Origin: Spirochaetia bacterium
GTDB lineage: Bacteria; Spirochaetota; Spirochaetia; SZUA-6; Bin103
DNA: 64,000 nt
Reading direction: 5' to 3'
Assembly (NCBI GenBank): GCA_965198005.1
Contig: CBDAOI010000003.1
Span: 1,120,001 to 1,184,000, forward strand
Below, piece by piece: positions 26,403 through 36,256 of the stretch (its first letter is position 1; every line of letters begins with the position of its first letter). The notes beneath the pieces are model-generated. The model saw only the letters and a list, made by a program, of their open reading frames with translations, had not been told where the DNA came from and did not search any database. Position numbers and translations under genes: made by a program.

Positions 26403-27704
26403 ATGCCGGTTCTCATGCCGCCTGTAGCACGGGTCAAGGGAACGCAGGACTTCTATCCGGACGCCTGGGCGCAGCAGATCGCCCTGCGCGAAATCATGCT
26501 GGCCGCCGGCCGCGGGTACGGATATCGGGAGTATGAGGGCCCCGCCATCGAGTACCTCGATCTCTACCTGGGCAAGAGCAGCGAAGAGATCGTTAGCCAG
26601 CAGACGTTCCGCATTCAGGACCGTGACGGCAAGGCGCTGCTGTTGCGGCCCGAGCTGACGCCCACGCTGGCACGGATGATCGCCGCCCGCGAACGCGAGC
26701 TCACGATGCCGGCGCGCTGGCAGTCGTTCGGCCAGTTCTTTCGCTACGAACGCCCGCAACGCGGCCGCGGACGCTCCTTTTTTCAGTGGAACGTCGACCT
26801 GCTCGGCAGCGAGAGCGCGGTCGCCGACGCCGAGGTGATCCAGGTCGCGTGCGCACTGTTCCATGCCCTCGGGCTCGGGCCCGACGAGGTGCAGATCAGA
26901 ATCAACGACCGCGCCGCCCTGGAGCACGACCTCACCGGCGCTCTGGGCGTGGCCGACTCTCAGGTGCGCGGTGTCCTGCAGGTGATCGACCGGCTGGACA
27001 AGGTGGGTGCGGATCGGGCCCGCGGCCAACTGGTGGAACTTGGGCTGGGCGCGGGTCAGGCCGGCGAGCTGGTGGAGTTGGTCGGCGCTCCCGTTACCGA
27101 ACCTTCGCCGCGGCTGGCGACCATCGTCGAGCAACTCGGTATCGCCGGCCAGGCGGGATACGTACGCCTCGACCGCGCCATCGTGCGCGGCTTCGACTAC
27201 TACACCAGCACGGTGTTCGAGGCGTGGGCCGCCGGCGATCTTCGGCGCGCGATCTTCGGCGGCGGACGGTACGACGACCTGACCCGGCAGGTGGGCGGCA
27301 AGCAGCGCATCCCCGGCGTCGGCATGGCGGTGGGTGATCTGGCGCTGCTTGAATTGCTGCGGGCGGTGGGGCGCGTTCCGGCGCCGGCGGAATGCGGGCC
27401 GGCGGCGGTCGTGACCGTGTTTGACGCCGAGTTGCAGCCGGTCTCGGCGCGCACTGCCGAGGCGCTGCGCCGGCACGGCGTCGCGGTCGAATTGTGCCTC
27501 GACGCCGGTCAGCGCCTCGACCGCCAGTTGAAACACGCAGACCGGGTAGGGGCTCGCTACGCGCTGATAATCGGCCCTGACGAGGCGGCCGCCGGTACGG
27601 TAATGGTCAAGGACTTGCGGCGCCGAACCCAGGAGCGGTATCCGGCGGCGGCTCCCGATGCGCTCACCCGGGTGGCGGCGCGCCTGCGAGAGGACGCGCC
27701 GTAG
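26403..27704 (+). CDS. hisS: Histidine--tRNA ligase
   Basis: KGTQDF, LRPELTP, FRYERPQRGR, RGFDYYT, GGGRYD, anticodon-binding C-terminus. Confidence 0.97.
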   Translation: MPVLMPPVARVKGTQDFYPDAWAQQIALREIMLAAGRGYGYREYEGPAIEYLDLYLGKSSEEIVSQQTFRIQDRDGKALLLRPELTPTLARMIAARERELTMPARWQSFGQFFRYERPQRGRGRSFFQWNVDLLGSESAVADAEVIQVACALFHALGLGPDEVQIRINDRAALEHDLTGALGVADSQVRGVLQVIDRLDKVGADRARGQLVELGLGAGQAGELVELVGAPVTEPSPRLATIVEQLGIAGQAGYVRLDRAIVRGFDYYTSTVFEAWAAGDLRRAIFGGGRYDDLTRQVGGKQRIPGVGMAVGDLALLELLRAVGRVPAPAECGPAAVVTVFDAELQPVSARTAEALRRHGVAVELCLDAGQRLDRQLKHADRVGARYALIIGPDEAAAGTVMVKDLRRRTQERYPAAAPDALTRVAARLREDAP

Positions 27705-27841
27705 CGTGACGACCTCGAGCTGTGCGCGCCGTGCGCGCGCCCGGTTGTCAAGGTTCGCGGTCTCGCCTACCATACGCTGAAATACGGTCGGAACACGGCA
27801 GATGAACGGCCGGCTGCGATGCTGGCTTTCCCTACGAACCA

Positions 27842-28900
27842 TTGCTCAAGCGCTATCGCAAATCCGAGGGCGGCGTTACCCGCGCCACCGCCCTCGTCTA
27901 TCTCCCCGCCGAGCACGGCATCCGCAGTGAGGCAATCGACCCTGCGGCGGTCGCGATCTGCCAGCGTCTGGCGCGCGGCGGCCATGAGGCGTACATCGTC
28001 GGCGGGGCTCTGCGCGACCTGCTCGCCGGCCGCACCCCCAAGGACTTCGACATTGCCACCAGCGCGCGGCCCCGCCAGGTGGGCACCCTGTTCCGCCGCG
28101 CACGCGTGATCGGCCGCCGGTTCAAGCTGGCGCACGTGGCGTCCGGCCCTCGGGTGTACGAGGTGGCGACCTTTCGCTGCGCGGACCGCCTCACCTCCAA
28201 TCGCTACGGAACGCTGGATCAGGACGCGTTCCGGCGTGACTTCAGCTGCAACGCGCTCTACTACGCGCCGCGCTCGGAACGGCTGATCGACTACGTGGGT
28301 GGAGTCGAGGACATCCGCGGTCGCATCCTGCGCACGCTGGGCGCGCCCGAGGGGTCGTTCGTCGAAGATCCGGTGCGGATGATCCGCGCGGTGAAGTACG
28401 CGCAGCTCACCGGCTTCGTGCTCGCCGGCGAGTACCGCATGCTGATCGGCCGCCACGGCGACCGCCTGCGCGAATGCTCGGCGGAGCGGTTGACCGAGGA
28501 GTTGCTCAAGATCCTGGGGTCCGGCCAGGCGTGCGGGATTCTCGAGCTGGCGCACAAGGTCGGGCTGTTGGCCGCGTTGCTGCCGCAGCTTGCGCGCTCC
28601 ATCGGGCCGCGCGTGACGGACACCGAGCTTGGCCGGCGCCTGGCGCATCTGGACCAGGAAGTGGGCGATGGCCGGTTGGCCGGCCGCGCGCTGCGCACGC
28701 TCATGTTCTGGGGCATACTGGCCGACGCCGCGGCGGCCGACACCCGCTGGCAGCACGCGGAGCAGCCCACGACCGCGCTGGCGCAGCAGCTCCGGCAGGC
28801 GCTGGAGCCGCTGGTCCTGCCCCAGCTCGATGCGCTGCGGGTGGCGGAACGGATCGTCCGAGGCGCCGTTTCCGCACCGGCCGCGCGGGATTCCGACTGA
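27842..28900 (+). CDS. pcnB: Poly(A) polymerase / polynucleotide adenylyltransferase
   Basis: VGGALRDLL...KDFDIAT, IGRRFKLAHV signature, RRDFS.NAL, EDPVRMIRA. Confidence 0.92.
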   Translation: MLKRYRKSEGGVTRATALVYLPAEHGIRSEAIDPAAVAICQRLARGGHEAYIVGGALRDLLAGRTPKDFDIATSARPRQVGTLFRRARVIGRRFKLAHVASGPRVYEVATFRCADRLTSNRYGTLDQDAFRRDFSCNALYYAPRSERLIDYVGGVEDIRGRILRTLGAPEGSFVEDPVRMIRAVKYAQLTGFVLAGEYRMLIGRHGDRLRECSAERLTEELLKILGSGQACGILELAHKVGLLAALLPQLARSIGPRVTDTELGRRLAHLDQEVGDGRLAGRALRTLMFWGILADAAAADTRWQHAEQPTTALAQQLRQALEPLVLPQLDALRVAERIVRGAVSAPAARDSD

Positions 28901-28922
28901 CGCGCGCCGCGCCGGCCGCCGC

Positions 28923-29945
28923 CTACCGGTCGTGGTCCCCGGGGGTGCGGCGGCGGCGCCCCGGACGGGCTCGATGCCAAAGCGCGCGCAGCCGGCGCTG
29001 GGCAATCTCGGGCGCGGTCGCCGCGGTCGCCGCCGCCGGCTCGGGCCGGTCGGCCCCGGCGGAGTCGGGCGCGCCGGGGCGCGGTCCGACGTCTCCCACC
29101 GTGATCGACACCGTGGTGACCATCAGGCCCGAGAACCGTTCGACGCTGGAGATGATGTAGTCGCGCAGTTGGTGCAGGCGCCCTGCCACGGGCGTGTTGA
29201 ACGGCACCCGCAGCACCACCTCGAGCGCCGGCTGGCGCATGTTGCCCACCACCAGCAGCCGCTCGACGTGCAGCGCCGGATCGAATTCCTCGACGCAGTG
29301 GAACACCATCTGCGTCAGCGCCCCCTCGGTCACGGTCACCTGGCCACGCTGCTCGAAGTCGGGACTGACCACGGTCTTTTCGAATACGCGGCCGCGCTGG
29401 CGCAGAATGTTGCGCCGCAGGAAGATCTTGATCGAGTCGATCACGATGTTCGGATAGTCCCGCTTCACCTCGATCGGCGGCACCGGAATAATGTGCCGCC
29501 CCAGCATCCGGCGCGATTGCAGCGCTGCCTCGATCTCCTCGCGGGTCGCTACCTCCTCGATATTGATCACCCGCCCCGGCGCCGGCAGGATGAGGCGTTC
29601 GGCGATCCGCAGCGCCATCCGTTCCGAGGTCGCCAGGATCAGGATGCGCCGCGAGCGGGTGCGGTCGAGCACGCGCCGGACTTCACGCGCATGGGTGGTA
29701 TCGTGGAACACGGCCTTCTTGACCGCTTCCATTCTCCCGGTTTCGCGTTTGGCGGAGCGTCCGGCCAGGATCTTCTGCCCCTGAATCAACAGGCCGTCGT
29801 CGATGATCGCTTCGATCTCGTACTTTTCGGCGATCAGTTGGGCGCGAAAGCTCTTGCCGGTGCCGCTCTTGCCCACCAAGGCCATTACTTGGACTCCGCG
29901 CACCATCCACAGCATCGTGTACAGCATGCGGCGCGGTCTGATCAC
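28923..29945 (-). CDS. P-loop protein with C-terminal Asp23/Gls24-like domain
   Basis: ALVGKSGTGKSFRA, IIDDGLLI..ILAG.SAK, G.HIIPVP..EVK, VE.FSGL.V..V.ITV. Confidence 0.75.
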   Translation of the reverse strand: MIRPRRMLYTMLWMVRGVQVMALVGKSGTGKSFRAQLIAEKYEIEAIIDDGLLIQGQKILAGRSAKRETGRMEAVKKAVFHDTTHAREVRRVLDRTRSRRILILATSERMALRIAERLILPAPGRVINIEEVATREEIEAALQSRRMLGRHIIPVPPIEVKRDYPNIVIDSIKIFLRRNILRQRGRVFEKTVVSPDFEQRGQVTVTEGALTQMVFHCVEEFDPALHVERLLVVGNMRQPALEVVLRVPFNTPVAGRLHQLRDYIISSVERFSGLMVTTVSITVGDVGPRPGAPDSAGADRPEPAAATAATAPEIAQRRLRALWHRARPGRRRRTPGDHDR

Positions 29946-30997
29946 GGCGCGGACCTCCCGGCGGCCGGCGTACGGTCCGGCGTATCCAGCCGGGCGCGGA
30001 CGGCGGCTTCAGCCCGGCGCGCGCTGCCGGGTCCGAAGCGCGCGTCGATGACGCGCCGCGCCGCGGGCGGCAATGGGGCGACCACCGCCGCCGGTGCCGG
30101 CAGCCGGTCGTTGCGGATCGCCGCGGCGTGCAGCAGCGGCAGCGCAGGACCGGCCGGCCCGGTGCGACTGCCGTAGCGCCGGTCGCCGAGCAGCGGGTGG
30201 CCGCGCAGGGCGGCCTGCGCGCGAATCTGATGCCGCCGGCCGGTGAACAACTGCACCAGCAGCAGGCTGACCGGGCCGTCGGACGGACCGGCAGCGGGCG
30301 CGACCGCCAGGGTCCAGGTGCTGGCGTACGCCGGCTTGGGGCCCGCGCCGGTGGCGCCAGGGCGGCCGGCGGGGGCCCGAATGGCACGCGCACGGCGCCG
30401 GTCGTACTCCAGGGTATCGACCCACGGCGCACCGTCCGCTGATCCGCCGGCGTCGCCCTCGACCAGGGCGAGGTACAGTTTCACGACCTGCCCGCCCCGG
30501 AGGGCGGCCGACCACCGGCGGGCGCCGTCCAGGGTTTCCGCGATCACCAGCGCGCCGGTGGTAATCCGGTCGAGTTGATGTACCGGACCCGGCGTGAAGC
30601 TCAGGGAGCGGCCGGCCGGGGCCCGGGTGGGGAGCAGCCGCGCCAGCACCGAATCCGGGCCGCCATGGACCGGCAACCCGGCCGGCTTGTCGATCACCAT
30701 CACTCCGTCGCCTCGGAACAGAATCGCGGGGAGGTCCCCGGCCGCAGGGCGGTCGTCCGTTTCCCGTATGGCCCGCGCCAACGCTGCGCAGACCCAGATC
30801 AGGTCGGCCTCGCGGGTGCGGGTAGCCGGCGCCACGCGCGCGCCGTTTACCCGGATGTCGCCCGCGCGCAGCGCCCGGTAGAGACGGGCCAGCGGAACCT
30901 GGGGCAGCAGCCTCCGCACCACCCGGTCCACCCGTCGATCAATATCGTCGCCGCGTATGCGAAACGACGCGGAGGCGGGATGCGGTAAACCGGGCAC
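29942..30997 (-). CDS. RluA/RluC-family pseudouridine synthase with S4 domain
   Basis: RVDRVVR...GDIRVNG, DKPAGLPVH, HQLDRITTG, TGRRHQIR, GHPLLGDRRYG, LHA. Confidence 0.93.
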   Translation of the reverse strand: MPGLPHPASASFRIRGDDIDRRVDRVVRRLLPQVPLARLYRALRAGDIRVNGARVAPATRTREADLIWVCAALARAIRETDDRPAAGDLPAILFRGDGVMVIDKPAGLPVHGGPDSVLARLLPTRAPAGRSLSFTPGPVHQLDRITTGALVIAETLDGARRWSAALRGGQVVKLYLALVEGDAGGSADGAPWVDTLEYDRRRARAIRAPAGRPGATGAGPKPAYASTWTLAVAPAAGPSDGPVSLLLVQLFTGRRHQIRAQAALRGHPLLGDRRYGSRTGPAGPALPLLHAAAIRNDRLPAPAAVVAPLPPAARRVIDARFGPGSARRAEAAVRARLDTPDRTPAAGRSAP

Positions 30998-31157
30998 GAC
31001 GCAACGGTAACCCCGTCGGTTTTTCGCTGTCAACGGCGCCGGGGCCGGCCGGCCGGGTGCTGGCCGGCTGCATCGCTTCCCAAACGAGCGCTTATCGTTC
31101 ACCAATAGTAACTACTCAAGCGCTAGCGGGTTCGGGTATGCGTCCCGGGGAGGTCAC

Positions 31158-32774
31158 ATGCGGCACCTGGCCGCGGCAGCGCTCGCCGCGGTAGCGGTTG
31201 CGGCCGCCGGCCACTGGCTGGCCGGCCGCGGCGAACTTGCCGCTGCCGTGCAACACTGGCCGGGCTACTACACCGTCATCATCGAGTCCGGCGGTTCGAC
31301 CGCCGGCGACATTCAGATCCGCGGGAGTCGGACCGCCGGCAGCCGTGACCGTATCCTGGCGGCCAATCTCGGGCCCGTGGTGGCGGCCCATACCAGCCGG
31401 GTGCGCGTGACCACGTTCGGCGGCCTCGAATGGGTGGCGGTCCCCGATCTGGCGTCGCGGCTGGACCAGCTCGACCCGCGCTTCGACCCCTACCTGCGGG
31501 AGTTGCCGGCGTGGTTCGCCGCGCGTTCGGCCGGCGGGGCTGCGCAGGAACTGGTCTATGTACGCAGCGCGCTGCCCCCGGCGCTGTTCGGCGCGCGGTT
31601 GGCCGCGGCGCTGCACCCGGTGCGGTGGCGTCCGCCGTTCGCTACCGCGGGCAATTCCGGCGCGGCGGCGGAACCGGCGGCGGCGGAACCGGCGGCGGCC
31701 GAACCGGCGCCGCGCGAGCACGGTGAACGGGTCTATCTGGCGGAGCTGGACGGGGCACGCGTGCTGGCGGCGCTGCTGCTGTTCGGCGTGGGCGCGGTCA
31801 CGGCTACGCAGCCGCGCCGGTCGCGGCTGCCGCGCTGGTGGCGGCTGCCGCAGGCGGTGCCGTGGGCGTTCCTGATTCTGAATGGCGGCCTGCCGGCGGC
31901 GCTGGTCGGACTGCCGGTGTACGCCGGTGGCGTCTGGCTGGCCGAGCGCCACCGCGGCGCCGGCCTGCTGGCGGACCTGACCACCGCGGTCGCGGTACTG
32001 GCCGGCGCGGTGCTGACGGTGTTCGTTTCCGGGTATGGCGCGGGCGCGGCGACGGTGACGCGGGTGGGACTCGCTGTGGGATTCGGCGCCGCCGTGCAGG
32101 CGCTGGTGGCGGCCATCGCGCTGCTGCTTTCGTGGCCGCCGCGGCGGTGGCAGCGGACGCGGCGGCGCACCGGCGGTGACGGTCGCCGTGCGGCCTCCGC
32201 CGGGCTCGCGCTGGTGGCGGCGGGCGGTCTGCTCGGTGCGGCCGTCCTGTTCGTCGACCACCCCGGCCACCGGGTGCCCCGGCCGCGACCCACGGCCGCG
32301 ACCGCCGCGGCCGCAGGGATCACCTTCGATTCTCTGCGGGCTGTGGGCCTTGCCGCGGCGGGAGAACTGCCGGTGCTGAGCGACTATGTCGCGCACGTGG
32401 CGTATCAGGAGACGCTCCAGTTCGGCCGCGGCTACGCGCTGCCGGCGCCGGCTGAGCGGGTGACCGTGACCGTCTACGCGCGCGCGGCCGACGGCAGCGG
32501 GCGCGTGCTGCAGCGCGAGGAGGAGGTGCACCGCTTCACGGAGCAGTGGCTGGAGGCCGTGGCGGCGGCGGCGCCCGGCAACAGTGTGCCCGCGCTGCTG
32601 CTCGCCTACGGACAGGCCGTAGCGGCGCACGCGGAGGCGCCGCCGGCGCGGCGCCCCGGCGCCGGCTGGGTGCTGTTGGGGACCGTGGCGGTGGGCGGCG
32701 CGCTGGTGCTGGCGGTATCCGCCGGCGCGGCGCGCCCGGCGCGCGGGCGGCGGCGGGCGCGGCGCGGCGCTTGA
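31158..32774 (+). CDS. Hypothetical multi-pass membrane protein
   Basis: GGAGG RBS, hydrophobic segments, RLDQLDPRFDPY and YVAHVAYQE soluble motifs, (AAAEP)3 linker. Confidence 0.7.
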   Translation: MRHLAAAALAAVAVAAAGHWLAGRGELAAAVQHWPGYYTVIIESGGSTAGDIQIRGSRTAGSRDRILAANLGPVVAAHTSRVRVTTFGGLEWVAVPDLASRLDQLDPRFDPYLRELPAWFAARSAGGAAQELVYVRSALPPALFGARLAAALHPVRWRPPFATAGNSGAAAEPAAAEPAAAEPAPREHGERVYLAELDGARVLAALLLFGVGAVTATQPRRSRLPRWWRLPQAVPWAFLILNGGLPAALVGLPVYAGGVWLAERHRGAGLLADLTTAVAVLAGAVLTVFVSGYGAGAATVTRVGLAVGFGAAVQALVAAIALLLSWPPRRWQRTRRRTGGDGRRAASAGLALVAAGGLLGAAVLFVDHPGHRVPRPRPTAATAAAAGITFDSLRAVGLAAAGELPVLSDYVAHVAYQETLQFGRGYALPAPAERVTVTVYARAADGSGRVLQREEEVHRFTEQWLEAVAAAAPGNSVPALLLAYGQAVAAHAEAPPARRPGAGWVLLGTVAVGGALVLAVSAGAARPARGRRRARRGA

Positions 32775-32807
32775 AGCGGGACGCCGGGAACGGCATGCTA
32801 CGTCCGC

Positions 32808-33900
32808 ATGCTGGAAGAAATCGAGCAACGGATTACCGATCTCAGAGCCGCGGTCGATGAGTCCTGGAGGTACCTTTGAACGGGACCGAGTGGAAGACCG
32901 CCTGCGCGAACTGGAACGAGCGACCGAAAACCCCAACCTGTGGCAGGATCGCGAGCGTGCGGAAGACGTCCTGACGCGGCTCAAGGCGCTGAAGCGGCGC
33001 TACGAGCCGTGGAGGAAGCTGCGCGCCGAGGTTGCCGATCTGGCGCAGCTCTACGAGCTGGCCGTGGCCGAGGCCGCGGACGACCTGGAATCGGAGTTGC
33101 GCTCCGGCGCCGCGCAACTGGCGCGCACGTGCGCCGACCTGCAGATGCTGGAGTGGATGGACGGCCCGCATGACACTGCCGGCTGCTTTCTCACCGTCCA
33201 CGCCGGGGCCGGCGGCACCGAAGCGTGCGACTGGGTGGCGATGCTGTTGCGCATGTATACGCGCTGGGCCGAGCGCCATCGCTTCACGGTGGAGATCATC
33301 GACCTCATGGAAGCAGAGGGCGGGGTCAAGTCGGTCACCGCGGAGGTGTCCGGCGACTACGCGTTCGGCTTTCTGCGGGCCGAGAACGGCATCCACCGCC
33401 TGGTACGCATATCGCCGTTCGACGCCGGCAAACGACGGCACACCACGTTCGCGTCAGTCGCGTCCTCGCCGGTCATCGACGACTCGATCGAGGTCGAGAT
33501 CCGGCCGGAGGATCTGCGGGTCGACACCTATCGCTCCAGCGGAGCCGGCGGACAGCACGTCAACAAGACCGACAGCGCGGTGCGGCTGACCCATCTTCCG
33601 ACCGGGATCGTGGTGCAGTGCCAGAACGAACGCAGCCAGCACAAGAATCGCGCGACGGCGATCAAGGTGCTGCGCTCGCGCCTGTACGATCACTTCGAGG
33701 AGCAGCGGCGCAGGGAGCGCAGGGATCTGGAGGGGGACAAGCGGGACATCTCGTGGGGGAACCAGATTCGTTCGTACGTGTTCCAACCCTATACCATGGT
33801 CAAGGACCATCGGACGCGGTTCGAAGTGGGCAACGTGCAGGCGGTGATAGACGGTGATCTCGACGGGTTCATCACTGAATACCTGAAGAGTTCCCGGTGA
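32808..33900 (+). CDS. prfB: Peptide chain release factor 2, expressed via +1 programmed frameshift (about 363 aa)
   Basis: ATG 32808, 23 codons to CTT-TGA (32874-32879) with GGAGG 3 nt upstream; SPF and GGQ motifs in the +1 frame. Confidence 0.97.
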
Positions 33901-35399
33901 GGGCCTACCCGGTAAGGGCGTGCCCTCTGGGCGGGGCCGGACGGCGGCGGGCGCGCGGGCGGACGGAGGCGGTGGTGGGAGCCACGCTGGCGGTGCTGCT
34001 CGCGGCGGTCTCGGGCGGTGCCCAGCAAGCGGCGTCCGCGGCCGCGGTGCGGGAGCTGCCGGCCGACCCGCGTCCGGCGTGGCGGGTCGCGTTCGCGGAG
34101 TGGTACGGCGTGGGGCTGGCGCCGGAGAACACGTACCTCGGCAGCAGCATTCCGCGCCTGCTGATCGAGCGCTTGTCTCCGATCCGCAAGCACACCCTGA
34201 GCCGCACCGAGCGCCATGACCACGCCCGGCGGATCGTCAACGACGCGCTGCGAGCCGCGCTCCGGCAGCTCGGTGAGCTGCGGGAACGACGCAGCGAGCT
34301 CCTGTTGCAGGGCGCTGACGCGGATGCGCTGAACGCGCGCATTGCGGAGGTGGAGCGCCGGGTCGAGCGGCTGCGCCGCCTGCGGTCGGAGCCGGCCGCC
34401 GTAGCCGTGGCACCCGCCAAGCCGTTGCGACTGGTCGGTCCCGAAGCCACCGAGCGCCTGCTGCCGGCGCCCCCGTTTTCCGCGCTCGGCGCGGCGGAGG
34501 CAGCCGATCTGGACCTCATCGTCACGGGAGAGCTCGAGGAGTTCGACAGTTTCTTCTACGTCGAGGCGCATGCGCTGGACACCGCCGCCGGTCGCACCGT
34601 GCTCACCGTGCGCGACGTATTGCCCCGGGGCGGAGTGATGGAGGCCCTCGGTCCGCTGACCGATGAGCTGGCCCGGCTCCTGATCGGGCAGCCCTGGAGC
34701 GTACTCACGATCGACCCGTCGCCCGCAGAAGCCGCCGTGTACGTCGACGGTGCGTACGCGGGCACCGGCTTCACCGAGCTGTCCTACCAGCCGCTGGGAC
34801 CGCACCGCGTCCGGGCGGCTGCCCCGGGCCACCGTCCCGTGGAACGCACGGTAATGCTGACGGCGTCCGGTCTGCGCTGGGCGCCGCGGCTGGATCCGGC
34901 GGAGCTGCGCTCGCTGACGGTCACCACCGACCCTCCCGGCGCCGCCCTGTATCTCGATTCCCGGTACGCCGGCAGCACGCCGCGGACCGTGGACGCGAGC
35001 GGTGACCCGGTGTGGGCGCTGGTACGGCTGCCCGACCATCACGCCGCCGGCCGGCTGCTGCCCCCGGCAGCCGGCGACACGGTTCAGTTCACGCTGGCGC
35101 CGGCGCAGTATGACCGCGCGCAATGGCAACGCGAGCGGCGCGACCGGTTCTACCGGCGGTTCGGGGCCGCTGCGCTGTCGTTGGCCGGCCCGCTGATTCT
35201 GTTCGGTGCGGCCGGCGACGCCGGCGAACGCGCCGCCGCCGCGGCCGCCGACCCGGCCGACCTCGACGGCCTGCTTCAGTCCCGCGACCTGCTGGTCTTC
35301 GGCGGGGCCGCCGCGCTGGCCGTGAGCAGTGTGCTGATTGTGCGCATGGCGTTCGCCCTGGGCGACTATCTCGCCGCGACCGACCGGGTGGGACGGTGA
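33897..35399 (+). CDS. PEGA-domain protein
   Basis: Two PEGA repeats (PAEAAVYVDG..G, TDPPGAALYLD..YAGSTP); start uncertain. Confidence 0.8.
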   Translation: MRAYPVRACPLGGAGRRRARGRTEAVVGATLAVLLAAVSGGAQQAASAAAVRELPADPRPAWRVAFAEWYGVGLAPENTYLGSSIPRLLIERLSPIRKHTLSRTERHDHARRIVNDALRAALRQLGELRERRSELLLQGADADALNARIAEVERRVERLRRLRSEPAAVAVAPAKPLRLVGPEATERLLPAPPFSALGAAEAADLDLIVTGELEEFDSFFYVEAHALDTAAGRTVLTVRDVLPRGGVMEALGPLTDELARLLIGQPWSVLTIDPSPAEAAVYVDGAYAGTGFTELSYQPLGPHRVRAAAPGHRPVERTVMLTASGLRWAPRLDPAELRSLTVTTDPPGAALYLDSRYAGSTPRTVDASGDPVWALVRLPDHHAAGRLLPPAAGDTVQFTLAPAQYDRAQWQRERRDRFYRRFGAAALSLAGPLILFGAAGDAGERAAAAAADPADLDGLLQSRDLLVFGGAAALAVSSVLIVRMAFALGDYLAATDRVGR

Positions 35400-36256
35400 T
35401 GGCACACCAGGGACGCGCCGGCCCCGCGTTCGGGGCGCGCCTGCGCGCCTGGTTCGCGCGCTCGCAGGCGGACTTCGATGCCTTGGAGGACATGCTCCTG
35501 GAGAGCGACTTCGGGCCGCGCCTGGCGACCGAGCTGGTGGAGGAGGTGCGGGCGGCGCGGCCGCGCGATTGGCCGGCGCTGCAGCAGGCGCTGCGGCAGG
35601 TGTTGGCCCGGCGGATAACCGCCGCCACGCTGGCGCCACGCCGGCGCGAGCTCTCCGTGGTGCTGATGCTGGGCGTGAACGGCGTCGGCAAGACCACGGC
35701 CTTGGCCAAGCTCGCCCATCGGTTCCTGCGCTCGCGTTCGGTCATGCTGGCCGCCGCGGACACCTTCCGCGCCGCCGCGATCGAGCAGCTCGTGCGGCAC
35801 GGAGAACGGCTTGGCGTGCCGGTGGTACGGCAAGCGCGCGGCGCGGACGCCGCCGCGGTGGTGTACGACGCCATCACCAGCGCGCGCGCCCGCAGGGTCG
35901 AGCTGTTGCTGGTGGACACCGCCGGGCGCATGCACAACCGCGCCGACCTGGTGGCGGAGTTGAGCAAGCTGGCGCGCGTCACGGAGCAGCGCGCCGGCGG
36001 TGCCGTGCACCACCTGCTGGCCGTGGACGCCACCACCGGCCAGAACGCCGCGGAGCAGGCGCGCGTATTCAATACGGCGTTGCGGGTGGACTCCCTGATG
36101 TTGACCAAGTTCGACTCCACGGCCCGCGGCGGCACCGCGTTCGCGGTAAGCCGTCAACTGCGGCTGCCGTTTTCGTTCGTCGGCACCGGCGAGGGGCTGG
36201 GCGATCTGGAACCGTTCGACGCCGCACGGTTCGCTGCCGCGGTCGTCGGGTCGTGA
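35399..36256 (+). CDS. ftsY: Signal recognition particle receptor FtsY (no acidic domain)
   Basis: GVNGVGKTT, DTFRAAA, DTAGR, TKFD..ARGG, GTGE..DL.PFD. Confidence 0.96.
   Translation: MAHQGRAGPAFGARLRAWFARSQADFDALEDMLLESDFGPRLATELVEEVRAARPRDWPALQQALRQVLARRITAATLAPRRRELSVVLMLGVNGVGKTTALAKLAHRFLRSRSVMLAAADTFRAAAIEQLVRHGERLGVPVVRQARGADAAAVVYDAITSARARRVELLLVDTAGRMHNRADLVAELSKLARVTEQRAGGAVHHLLAVDATTGQNAAEQARVFNTALRVDSLMLTKFDSTARGGTAFAVSRQLRLPFSFVGTGEGLGDLEPFDAARFAAAVVGS

Noticed and set aside
31664-31712. 15-bp tandem repeat as a CRISPR or mobile repeat
   Set aside because: In-frame (AAAEP)3 linker with no spacers
32857-33900. prfB starting at ATG 32857 as in the ORF track
   Set aside because: An upstream frame with the canonical SD plus CTT-TGA shift site gives the proper RF2 N-terminus
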